Shown in pieces: positions 30,115-39,395 of a stretch of DNA of 40,826 nucleotides. Position 1 is the stretch's first letter. Every line of letters begins with the position of its first letter. Origin of the DNA: Candidatus Heimdallarchaeota archaeon (GTDB lineage: Archaea; Asgardarchaeota; Heimdallarchaeia; Heimdallarchaeales; Heimdallarchaeaceae); NCBI GenBank assembly GCA_018238545.1, contig JABCTC010000032.1, positions 1 through 40,826 on the forward strand, read 5' to 3'. The notes below the pieces were generated by a model. It did not search any database. It worked only from the letters and a program-made list of their open reading frames with translations, and was not told the origin of the DNA. The position numbers were made by a program, and so were the translations under genes.

Positions 30115-31813
30115 TTATCTTCTTCTTTTCAGAAATATGGTTGTAGTTATTCCTCCAGATACTACAACTAGACCAGCAATCGACAAACCTATTACAAGAC
30201 CTAAATTAAAGCCTGATTTCAATATTGTAAAATGAGTATAACCTGCAAATTCATTGCCTATTTTGAGTTCTAAACCAGTTTCATCCAAATCACTTGAGAG
30301 AAGAAATTCAATAGACAAATCAACATTGCTTGCAGCAGGTATAGCGTTAACAGAAGCTACAATAAATCCCGTAGTTGTTAGAACATTAATTTTTTCTACT
30401 GTACTTAGTCGAGGACTCCAATTCATACAACCAAAATCTAAACCTATTTTACTTCCAGCTTTTGTCCCACCAGCTGTTACTTCTATATCAATTTGAAGGC
30501 TTGGAGTATTGTCAAGCAGATAAAAGAATCCAGGTTTAACATCTTCCCACAGAGCTTGAATATAATCTGATTCAGGAGTGAAGTAGCCGTAGATTTCTGT
30601 CCATTCTATAACTCTATGTGTTGAATTATCTACAATGATTGTTTCAGCAGAAGCACTTACTGATGAAGCGTTACGATATAATTCGAAAGTTATTGGTGCA
30701 ATTGATCCCCTTGCATGATAAAGCCAGTTGTCCCACCCTCCAGCTAGAGCACTTGTAGCTGCAACAGGGTTAGGAGTTTTTGAATTATAATAAATACCCA
30801 AATTGAAAGATGGGGGCAAGATCTCAGAATAATCTTGCACCATGTCATAGTAAAGAGTTGGTTCGGCCCAACCTCCTGTAGGATTATCAGCAAAGAATGT
30901 TGCATTAATTCCTGAATGAAGGGAATAAGCCATAGCAAATCGGTGCTTTAGAGCAAAGTCTCTGAAAGCTTGTGTTTCTGGCTCTGAAAAAGGAGCATTT
31001 CCCGGATAAACTTGTGAAGTGGTTTCAGGCTCCCAGCTTACTCCGTCTCTCCAGAACATATCATAATTTCTGTTGAGATCAGTGTGACCAATAGGATCTT
31101 CATTTATCTGACCGTCTCCATCATTGTCGATGCCTTCATAGTAAGTATGAGAATAGGATAATTACTCACCTATTTTTTCATACACATCAAAAGAGGAGAT
31201 CACGCCATCTAAATTTACATCTTCCCAAGTGTCTTCGTCAAACAGACCATCCGAGTCATCATCCCAAGACCGAAGATTCTTCCTTAACCAATGATCGTTT
31301 TCATCAACATATCTATCTAGACCGTCAGGGTTCAGTGTGGGTATAACATAGATCTCTTGGTTGTCAATAAAACTTGTAATGTCATCATCTACTTGATAAT
31401 TGTTGAGCAAATAGATTATGAATCGCAGTGCAGCTTCTGCGGAAATAGGTTCCATTGCATGATGTTGAGCAACTACAAGTGTTTTAGCTTTCTGATTTGT
31501 TCTTAATTCGTTTGTAATCTTCAGAGCAGTAAGATTCTTACCCAAATAGCTTTGCCCTATTACTTCCATATCTATCAATTCAGGAACTAACTCATGAAAT
31601 CTGTTTATTTCCTCATCAATCTCTGTAGAATTGTGATAAATATTGTAGTATAACAAAGAAAGATTGTCCCAATCCCTTTCCAATTCTGGATAAATTTCCA
31701 TTTGAATAATTATCACTCTTCAAGCCATAAGCTTCCAAAGAGAATCCAGAAAGTAGAATAATAGAAAAGAGAAATAAGAAACTTAACCTTGTTTGAACTT
31801 TATTTCTACGCAT
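30115..31813 (-). pseudogene. Secreted, membrane-anchored M14 zinc carboxypeptidase (frameshift ~31700, in-frame TAA at 31162-31164)
   Basis: Signal peptide ORF from 31813; HAMEP, NPDG, RKN. Reading through the TAA gives LSYSHTYYEGIDNDGDG...DLNRNYD in frame with PFSEPET, SLHS, FELY; SGF-TM-KRRR tail. Confidence 0.9.
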
Positions 31814-31925
31814 AGTCGAATATTAGATTGAACACTTAAATAGTTTAAGCAAACCAAAATATGCTATTTTATCTCCGCCAAACAATCTTCAATAAACTTA
31901 TAGAGGTCTTAATTCTCCTCCCCTC

Positions 31926-32825
31926 ATGAGAGATAAAAGCAGTCAGATAATTCCCGTTCAACCAGAGGACGATTTACCTCTAGTAGACTGCCATTGCCAT
32001 TACCCTGATAAAGAGCCATATAGGAAACCTTTGATGTCTCATCAAGCTGAATATGATCATTTTTTTGAGGAGAATAAAGGTCAATTTATTATCACATCGG
32101 GAAGCGAATGGGACTACGATTTCATACAAGAATTCATGGAAACACATGATAGAATGTATTTTACAATGGGAGTAGTAAACCCTTCAGACAGACGTTCATC
32201 AGAGAAATTTAATGCTAAACGTAGAGAATATATAGATTTTCTAATTAATAACACAGATAAATACATTGCAATTGGAGAGTTTGGCTTAGATTTTCATCAC
32301 GCTAAAACCCTAAAGATGAGAAAAGAACAAGTCCATCAATTTAAAAAGATAGTACAAGAAACAAAACAATTGAACAAACCTTATGTTTTGCATGTTAGAA
32401 ACCCTAGTGAAAAGGATGTTGATCAGAAAAATCCTGACCACGAATATAATGGCGCAACAATTTGTAATAGAATCATACTAGACATTCTCGAAGAAGAAGA
32501 AATACCTCCCTCGAAAGTTATGTGGCACTGTTTTTCAGGACCAGTTGAGTGGGGACCAAAAATTGCTGAAAAAGGGTATTATTTATCGGTGCCATCATCA
32601 GCGTATGGATTTAAAAGATGGCGAAGAAACATCAAAGGAATCCCTTTAGAGAATATTTTGACAGAAACAGATGCATGTTTCCAACACCCTTTCAAGATGG
32701 GAACTTTTAACACTCCTGCAAATGTGAAATATTCAATTGCGGCTATAGCTCATGAAAAAGAAATTACACAAAAACAAGTAGCTGATCAAGTTCTAGTGAA
32801 TGCAAAGAAGTTATTTGGAATTTAA
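31926..32825 (+). CDS. tatD: TatD family nuclease
   Basis: DCHCH, IGEFGLDF, LHVR, HCFSG, LTETD. Confidence 0.92.
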   Translation: MRDKSSQIIPVQPEDDLPLVDCHCHYPDKEPYRKPLMSHQAEYDHFFEENKGQFIITSGSEWDYDFIQEFMETHDRMYFTMGVVNPSDRRSSEKFNAKRREYIDFLINNTDKYIAIGEFGLDFHHAKTLKMRKEQVHQFKKIVQETKQLNKPYVLHVRNPSEKDVDQKNPDHEYNGATICNRIILDILEEEEIPPSKVMWHCFSGPVEWGPKIAEKGYYLSVPSSAYGFKRWRRNIKGIPLENILTETDACFQHPFKMGTFNTPANVKYSIAAIAHEKEITQKQVADQVLVNAKKLFGI

Positions 32826-32893
32826 TTCATTCATTATATGATTTGAGAAGAGTTGTTAAAAAAGAAAAAAAGAAAGGATAAGAGTAATTTAAG

Positions 32894-34390
32894 TCAGCTT
32901 ATTTTTCTTCGAGTTCTAGAAGTTTTAAATGCCTTACCAAACGAAGCTAAAATCACGATTGATAGAAGGAGAAAACCATAGAAGGGGGGAACGTTTATCC
33001 CTAGTTCAGGAATTACGATATAACCATCTGATCGTTTGTAGAAGATATCATAGTCTGTTCCACTTCCAGCATAATCAGTTATATCCCACCAAGATATATG
33101 CACATTCCCCGTAGAATCGATAGCAATGGAGGGAGACCCAGAATGATCTGAACTTTCGGTGGAAACCACTTCTGAAGTTGACCAAGTGGAGGTAGAAACG
33201 TTCCAACATTTGTAAAATATATCAAAATCTGTTCCGCTCCCAGCATAATCTGTCCAATCAGACCAGGTTATATGGACACTCCCTGCAACATCAACAATGA
33301 TTGAGGGCTGCACAGAAAGATTCGTACTCTCAGTTGAAATGATTTCACCGGCAGTCCAAGTTAATAAAGTAGCATCCCAGCGTTTGTAGAAAATATCTTC
33401 ATCTGTTCCGCTCCCAGCATAATCAGTAGCATCATTCCACGCTAGGTGCACATTTCCAGCAGAATCCACAGATAGAAAAACATGGTTAGTCCAATATATA
33501 CTCTCAGAGGAAACGAACTCAGTAGTTGTCCAGACGGATGTAGTAGCGTTCCAGCGTTTATAGAAAATGTCACCATCTGTTCCAGCACCAGCATAATCAG
33601 TAGCATCTATCCACGCTATGTGTACATTCCCTGAAAAATCAGTACCAAGCGAAGGTTCAACAGAAAGATCTGCACTCTCCGTAGAAACTACTTCTGTGGA
33701 TGTCCATAAGGAGGTAGTAGCGTTCCAGCGTTTATAGAAAATGTCCCAGTCTGTTCCCGCACCAGCATAATCAGTTTCATCATGCCATGCTATATGGACA
33801 TTACCCAAAGTATCGACAGCAAGAGAAGGAGTATGAGAATATGCAGTGCTCTCCGTGGACACAACTTCTGTAATGGTCCATAAGGAAGTAGAAATATTCC
33901 AGCGTTTGTAAAAAATATCATTACCTCCAGATCCTGCATAGTCAGTAGCATCTATCCATGATATGTGGACATTACCTTCAATATCCACACCAAGAAAGGG
34001 AGTATGAGAATTTTCCGTGCTTTCGGTGGAAACAACCTCTGTTGTGCTCCATGTGGAAGTAGAAGCATTCCAGCGTTTGTAGAAAATATCTTGATCTGTT
34101 CCCGCAGAATCATAATCAGTAAAATCATCCCAAACTATATGCACATTCCCCGCAGCATCAATAACAATCGAGTTTATCAAGCTATCTTCTGTACTCTCTG
34201 TGGAAACTACGTCCGTTGTGGTCCAAGCAAAAGTAGATTGAGCATAGGCACCTTTAGGTGCATGAGTAGTAGTATCACCTTGTAGAATTTTTGTACTATG
34301 AAAAGTCAACAAACAAGTAATTATCAAAAAACTGATAATTAGAAAACTGAAGATTTTATTTTTTTTTGAATTATCATACTTCTTTATCAT
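32894..34390 (-). CDS. Secreted seven-repeat (probable 7-bladed beta-propeller) surface protein
   Basis: Signal peptide; 7 x ~59-aa units 'EVVSTES...PS..D..GNVHI.W.D.TDYAG.GTD.DIFYKRW'; IPEL...TM-basic tail. Confidence 0.9.
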   Translation of the reverse strand: MIKKYDNSKKNKIFSFLIISFLIITCLLTFHSTKILQGDTTTHAPKGAYAQSTFAWTTTDVVSTESTEDSLINSIVIDAAGNVHIVWDDFTDYDSAGTDQDIFYKRWNASTSTWSTTEVVSTESTENSHTPFLGVDIEGNVHISWIDATDYAGSGGNDIFYKRWNISTSLWTITEVVSTESTAYSHTPSLAVDTLGNVHIAWHDETDYAGAGTDWDIFYKRWNATTSLWTSTEVVSTESADLSVEPSLGTDFSGNVHIAWIDATDYAGAGTDGDIFYKRWNATTSVWTTTEFVSSESIYWTNHVFLSVDSAGNVHLAWNDATDYAGSGTDEDIFYKRWDATLLTWTAGEIISTESTNLSVQPSIIVDVAGSVHITWSDWTDYAGSGTDFDIFYKCWNVSTSTWSTSEVVSTESSDHSGSPSIAIDSTGNVHISWWDITDYAGSGTDYDIFYKRSDGYIVIPELGINVPPFYGFLLLSIVILASFGKAFKTSRTRRKIS

Positions 34391-34612
34391 TTAAACAACC
34401 TCTTTGCTATTTTTATTCTGTTTAGAATATATGAAGCTCTTAAGATAAACATCATTCAACTTGCAATTTAAGCATTTTCCCTCTATCTTACTTCTGAAGA
34501 CTTATCACTATCAACCTCACAAATAATTTGTAACCTTTTGCAGTTTTTCTTCTATTTAGTAGTTTGACCAGAAGGAGTTTCTTTGAATGAAAAAAGTTGT
34601 TTGGAGTTTAAT

Positions 34613-35491
34613 TCATTCATTTTGTTTTTTACTTTTGTTTAGATTTCTCATTTCTTCAAGTATGATATTTCCAAAGACTTCATTATGTGTATCGTCTTTA
34701 TTAGGAACTGGTCTATACTTTGAACCAGGTATGAAGTTTATCATCTTCTTTATTGATTCTGTATCATGTTCAGGATCATCTTGAGCTCCTACAATGATGA
34801 CTGGGGACTTGATTCCATTTACTGATTCCCGCTTCATCTCATAATCAGGTAGGAATGATTCTAGTCTTTTCATCCAATTTAGATAATACCTTTGCAACAG
34901 CCTACTTAATGTATGAATTCTACTTCTCCCAGATTCTTTATCCCTTCTAAATCTGAATTTGTAAAAAAGATAAACCAATGGTTTTTGGGCAATAATAAAC
35001 CAATGAGGTAAGTAAGTTGCAGTAATTTTACGTTTTTTATTTTCTTTATATTTGATTTGAGGAGAAGAGTGAACAGAAAGAAAAGGTCGAAAATCATGTT
35101 TACTCATTGATGCTAAGACACCTACTGAAGAAATAGATGAACCAGCTATTACACATCTCTTAGAATCCAACTTTAAAGCATTAAATGCCAAGATGAAATC
35201 TTCTCCCAATGTTTCTATGGTAAAAATTTTTTCTTCTGAAGGAGAAGAAAACTCCTTTTCTCTAGATTCTATGAAAAAGATGTGGTGGTTTTTCCTTAAA
35301 ACCTTAATAGATTCTCTCCAAAGAAAAATGTAAGAGATAAATCCAGAGTAAAATACAATGTTCATCGAATCATCAGAGGGATTTTCTGCTTGAAGAAGTA
35401 AAACCCTAAGTTTAACACCATTAGTTAATTCAAGAAACTTCTTTTCTGCTTCATTTTCAAGAAAATATTCATTCGCTGGTCTTCGAACCAT
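34613..35491 (-). CDS. Alpha/beta fold hydrolase
   Basis: FYSGF oxyanion region, IAGSSIS nucleophile elbow, GAQDD and TH; ATG 35491 is the likely start. Confidence 0.75.
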   Translation of the reverse strand: MVRRPANEYFLENEAEKKFLELTNGVKLRVLLLQAENPSDDSMNIVFYSGFISYIFLWRESIKVLRKNHHIFFIESREKEFSSPSEEKIFTIETLGEDFILAFNALKLDSKRCVIAGSSISSVGVLASMSKHDFRPFLSVHSSPQIKYKENKKRKITATYLPHWFIIAQKPLVYLFYKFRFRRDKESGRSRIHTLSRLLQRYYLNWMKRLESFLPDYEMKRESVNGIKSPVIIVGAQDDPEHDTESIKKMINFIPGSKYRPVPNKDDTHNEVFGNIILEEMRNLNKSKKQNE

Positions 35492-35601
35492 AGAGCATAG
35501 TTTAAACACGTTATTTTTATATTTTTGCAGTTCTTGATGTTTTGAGACGTAAAATATAGAATAGCCACAATACTTATTGGTGTAAAACCAATATTCAAAA
35601 C

Positions 35602-36600
35602 ATGGTTAAAGAAGGCACTCTACGAACACCTGATTCTAGGTTCGAAAATCTTCAAGACTACGGCTTTAGGCCTTTCTATTTTGTTATCGACGGGTATAGA
35701 ATCCATTATCTAGATGAAGGAGAGAAAAATTCCCCACCTATACTACTATTACATGGAGAACCCTCATGGAGTTATCTTTATAGAAAAATGATTCCTATTT
35801 TGGTAGAAGCTGGTTTTAGAGTTATAGTTCCAGACTTGTTAGGTTTTGGCAAATCTGACAAACCTATTGAAACAAAATCTTATTCTTATCAGTTTCATGT
35901 AGATATGATGACTGAACTTGTTAGAGGATTAGATCTTCAAGATATTACCTTCTTTGGTCAAGATTGGGGTGGATTGATAGGACTCCGTGTGGTAGCAGAA
36001 GACCAAAAACGTTTTGCTAGAATAGCTGTTGGCAATACAGGTCTACCAGCTGAAAAAGGTATCAAAGGCAGGATAGGTTACACAGTATTTAAGTTTCAAG
36101 TTGCAAAGTTGAAAAGATTACCTGAAGAAGAATTAATCAAAGATATAACTTTCTTGAAATGGGTAGCTTACACGCAAAAAGTGGAAGATTTACCTATAGG
36201 TGAGATACTTCAAAGAGCTACTGTAACAGAATTATCTCCTGAAGTTATCAAAGCTTATGAAGCTCCTTTTCCAGACTCGACCTACAAAGCAGGAGCAAAA
36301 ATAATGCCAAAACTTGTTGCTTCTCAGTTGATAGAGAATCAAAAGGTTTGGGATGAAGTATTTTCTAGTTGGAAGAAACCATTTTTGTTAACATTTAGTG
36401 ACAGTGATCCTATTACAGGTGGTGGCGATAAGGTTTTTCTCGAAAAAATCCCAGGTACAAAAAAGCAAAAACACGTGACTATCAAAAAGGCAGGACACTT
36501 CCTGCAAGAAGACAAAGGAGAAGAGTTGGCAGAGATACTAGTTAAATTTATCAAACAGAAAAAGGCAAAGAAAAAGAAGAAGAAAAAGAAGAAGAAATAA
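35602..36600 (+). CDS. Haloalkane dehalogenase (HLD-I-like) with poly-Lys tail
   Basis: LRTPDSRF, LHGEPSWSYLYR, GQDWGGLIG, FSDSDPIT, GHFLQED. Confidence 0.93.
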   Translation: MVKEGTLRTPDSRFENLQDYGFRPFYFVIDGYRIHYLDEGEKNSPPILLLHGEPSWSYLYRKMIPILVEAGFRVIVPDLLGFGKSDKPIETKSYSYQFHVDMMTELVRGLDLQDITFFGQDWGGLIGLRVVAEDQKRFARIAVGNTGLPAEKGIKGRIGYTVFKFQVAKLKRLPEEELIKDITFLKWVAYTQKVEDLPIGEILQRATVTELSPEVIKAYEAPFPDSTYKAGAKIMPKLVASQLIENQKVWDEVFSSWKKPFLLTFSDSDPITGGGDKVFLEKIPGTKKQKHVTIKKAGHFLQEDKGEELAEILVKFIKQKKAKKKKKKKKKK

Positions 36601-36682
36601 AGGTAAATTTAGTTAAATTGTATATCAATTGATATTGCCTTTCTAATATCAAACCTTAAAAAAACAAAATTGGATTTGTTTC

Positions 36683-37327
36683 ATGATGACTGCTGAAAAA
36701 CTGTTCAAACGCCAAGAAATATTGAAACTTGTCGAAAAGTATTTTGGTGAGTCAGAAATAGGTTTAGAGCACCTAAACGGGCAATTGTATGTTTTCTTTC
36801 ATGGGTTTTTAGCAGATAAAATACTTTTCACTCAAGAGATAGATGTCTTCATACCATTCGAAGAAGTATATATGGGACAAAAAATTAACGAAAAATCCTA
36901 TTTGAGAGATAAAATAGTTCTAGAGCAATACATCGAATTTTACTTCGAAAAGGAGGAAAACTTCCCAACTATGAGTTTTAGCTCAAAAAAAGTCTCATCT
37001 ATTAAAGAAGCTCATAATGGTATGAAAAAGAATTGTGAAAAGATGATGAAATTCTTAGAAGGTTTGTCCTCTAAGTATGACGGGGAAGTAAAGTATACTT
37101 ATCAAGATCGAAGATATAAAGACAAATGGCTGCAAAAGAAAGCTTTCCATACACCCACTAAACCTGAAGAAAATACAGGACCAGCTGCTATGGGTTACTT
37201 TGTGGAAGAGAAACTTATCGAAAACGAGCAATTACTTTCAAAAGACACTTTAGAGATAATCTGTGCAAAAGATTCTCTACTCGAGATATTCGAAAAGTTT
37301 TGTGAATTCATTGAGCAGTATGATTAG
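36683..37327 (+). CDS. Hypothetical protein
   Basis: 214-aa ORF with normal codon style; no family recognised. Confidence 0.7.
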   Translation: MMTAEKLFKRQEILKLVEKYFGESEIGLEHLNGQLYVFFHGFLADKILFTQEIDVFIPFEEVYMGQKINEKSYLRDKIVLEQYIEFYFEKEENFPTMSFSSKKVSSIKEAHNGMKKNCEKMMKFLEGLSSKYDGEVKYTYQDRRYKDKWLQKKAFHTPTKPEENTGPAAMGYFVEEKLIENEQLLSKDTLEIICAKDSLLEIFEKFCEFIEQYD

Positions 37328-37339
37328 ATTTTTGCTAAA

Positions 37340-37690
37340 TTAGGCAACAACTTTGTACAAATTATCTCGCAAAATATCATCAACAAATATCTCGTTTTTC
37401 TTTAGATGAACAATATCACAAGATTTCATTTTCTCTGTCAAATTGTCTTCGATATCATCTGCGATAACAATACAGACATGTCTACTCATCTCAAAATCCA
37501 AATTATTCAATCGTTCCTCAATCTCTTCAATTTGTTGAGAAGTGACCATATCTTCGAAAAATTGCACAAAAACATAGAATGTATCCTTTTTTAGAACTAG
37601 CTCACACACATCAATGAATATTGACTCTTTCCTGAATCCAAAGCTTCTGAAGAATTTAGATAATTTTTCCTTCAATAGATCCGAGTACAT
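37340..37690 (-). CDS. Hypothetical protein (possible degenerate restriction-endonuclease fold)
   Basis: FFRSFGF...ELVLKK..YVFVQ...CIVIA pattern recalls Mrr-like PD-(D/E)XK domains without a full active site. Confidence 0.55.
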   Translation of the reverse strand: MYSDLLKEKLSKFFRSFGFRKESIFIDVCELVLKKDTFYVFVQFFEDMVTSQQIEEIEERLNNLDFEMSRHVCIVIADDIEDNLTEKMKSCDIVHLKKNEIFVDDILRDNLYKVVA

Positions 37691-37759
37691 TCAAGAGAAC
37701 TATAATGATTACACTATAAAGAATTTTTCTGCTAAAATTGGTTAAATGGATGAAAAATA

Positions 37760-38092
37760 CTAATCTTTAGGTATCAATTTAACAGTTACTTTCTTCTGTT
37801 TCTTATCTTTAGGTGGTTTTTTAGAATTTTCTGCATCTTTTGATGCTAAAAGCTCTTCATCATCGATTAAATCATCACAGGCTTTTTCACACTTTCTTCT
37901 ATATGCGAACCAATACAAGAATCCAACAAAGAATGCTCCACCAAGAATATTGCCAAGAGTTACAGGAAGGAGATTGTTAAGGAAGAATGAACTCCAAGTA
38001 AGGTTAGAAATATCTAAAGAACCAATAACGCTAGCAACAGGATCAGCTGTTGATAGTAGAATGCCAAGAGGAATGAAATACATGTTAGCTAC
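37760..38092 (-). pseudogene. 3' fragment of a formate/nitrite transporter gene
   Basis: [10 protein letters not shown]...[14 protein letters not shown] is the FNT C-terminal signature; in-frame TAG immediately upstream. Confidence 0.88.
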
Positions 38093-38192
38093 CTATTACG
38101 GATTCAACCTCTGCAGAATTACTAAAAATTACAATCAAACTGATAACAAGTATTAATGAAATACACATAACTGAAAGTCTCTTCCCATTCAT
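38085..38192 (-). pseudogene. 5' remnant (signal peptide) of a secreted protein gene
   Basis: GAGGTG RBS + [35 protein letters not shown]. Confidence 0.6.
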
Positions 38193-38301
38193 GACACCTC
38201 GTAGAAAGTATGAGCACATATAAGCTATTTCTAGAAATTAGATGCAAAAATATTAAAACAACCAATTCATGGGAATGGAATTACTAAGGAGATCCACCAA
38301 A

Positions 38302-39219
38302 ATGAAAAAAGACATTCCATTTTTAGTTATCAACCCTAATGCAAATGAAGGTAAAATTGCAAAAAAAATAGAAGAGATTTTAGTAATTTCAAAGGAAGTT
38401 CTAGGGGAATTTGATTACAAACTAACTACAGAACTAGGCGAAGGCATACCAATTTCTAAACAAGCAATAAAAGAAGGTTTCACTACAATTATAGCTGTTG
38501 GAGGGGATGGTACGCTAAATGAAGTCGTTAATGCAGTTGCAAACACAGATGTAAAAATAGGATTAGTACCAACTGGTGGATCTTGCGACGCATATCAAAC
38601 TCATGGGATTCCTTTAGACCTACGAAGTTCATTGAAAATTGTTGCTAAAGGACACACAGAAAAAGTACCCATCGGTATTGCTAAGGGGGACAAGAGCAGA
38701 TATTTTATTGATATGGTTAATAGTGGGCTTGCGGGATATGTAAATGATCATGAGCCTACATGGGGAAAGCCATGGTTAAAAGGAAATTTGCGTTATACAA
38801 TTATGGCATTTGAAGCAGCATTCAAGTTCAAAGCGCCTATTTCAAAAGTTACAGTGGATGATCAAATTCGAGAAGCACGTTTAGCATATTTTGCATCTGG
38901 TTTCAGTAACATCGTTGCTGGGTATAAATTACTTCCTGGAAATCATCCGAAAAAAGGTAAACTAGGAGTAGCAATAATTAAGGACATAAAAGGTTTCAGA
39001 TTTCTATATTCGATGATGAAATTAATGGTGCAAAGCATAGAAAAAAATAAAAATGCTGAGGTATTTTATGGGGGTACTGTAATAATTGAAAGCGAAACGC
39101 CCATGACTTGGGTAGTTGAAGGAGAAATTTTCTCAACAAAGTCTACTAAGATAGAAATTTGTATTCATACAGAAGAAGTGAATTTGATAATCCCTAAGGA
39201 TTGGAAATATGGACAGTGA
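38302..39219 (+). CDS. Diacylglycerol kinase family lipid kinase
   Basis: INPNA, AVGGDGTLNEVVN, PTGGSCD, EGE; ATG 38302 is the likely start. Confidence 0.9.
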   Translation: MKKDIPFLVINPNANEGKIAKKIEEILVISKEVLGEFDYKLTTELGEGIPISKQAIKEGFTTIIAVGGDGTLNEVVNAVANTDVKIGLVPTGGSCDAYQTHGIPLDLRSSLKIVAKGHTEKVPIGIAKGDKSRYFIDMVNSGLAGYVNDHEPTWGKPWLKGNLRYTIMAFEAAFKFKAPISKVTVDDQIREARLAYFASGFSNIVAGYKLLPGNHPKKGKLGVAIIKDIKGFRFLYSMMKLMVQSIEKNKNAEVFYGGTVIIESETPMTWVVEGEIFSTKSTKIEICIHTEEVNLIIPKDWKYGQ

Positions 39220-39395
39220 ACTAATTCCAAATGATGATGAAAACATAGCTTACTTCAAGGTAATTACTTTTTATTCGAATTATTTTCTTTGGTGAAACAC
39301 TTTTTTTACATTAATCTATTGTTAAAAAAGCTACCACCTATATATATCAATTTGAGGAATAGTAGACTGAATTAGCAATAAAAGGTTGAAGACAA

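Noticed and set aside
31162-31164. Programmed read-through in the M14 peptidase
   Set aside because: The same gene has a separate frameshift; error or decay is simpler
39230-39370. C/D box sRNA (ATGATGA ... CTGA)
   Set aside because: Boxes are ~130 nt apart with no evident internal C'/D' boxes or terminal stem
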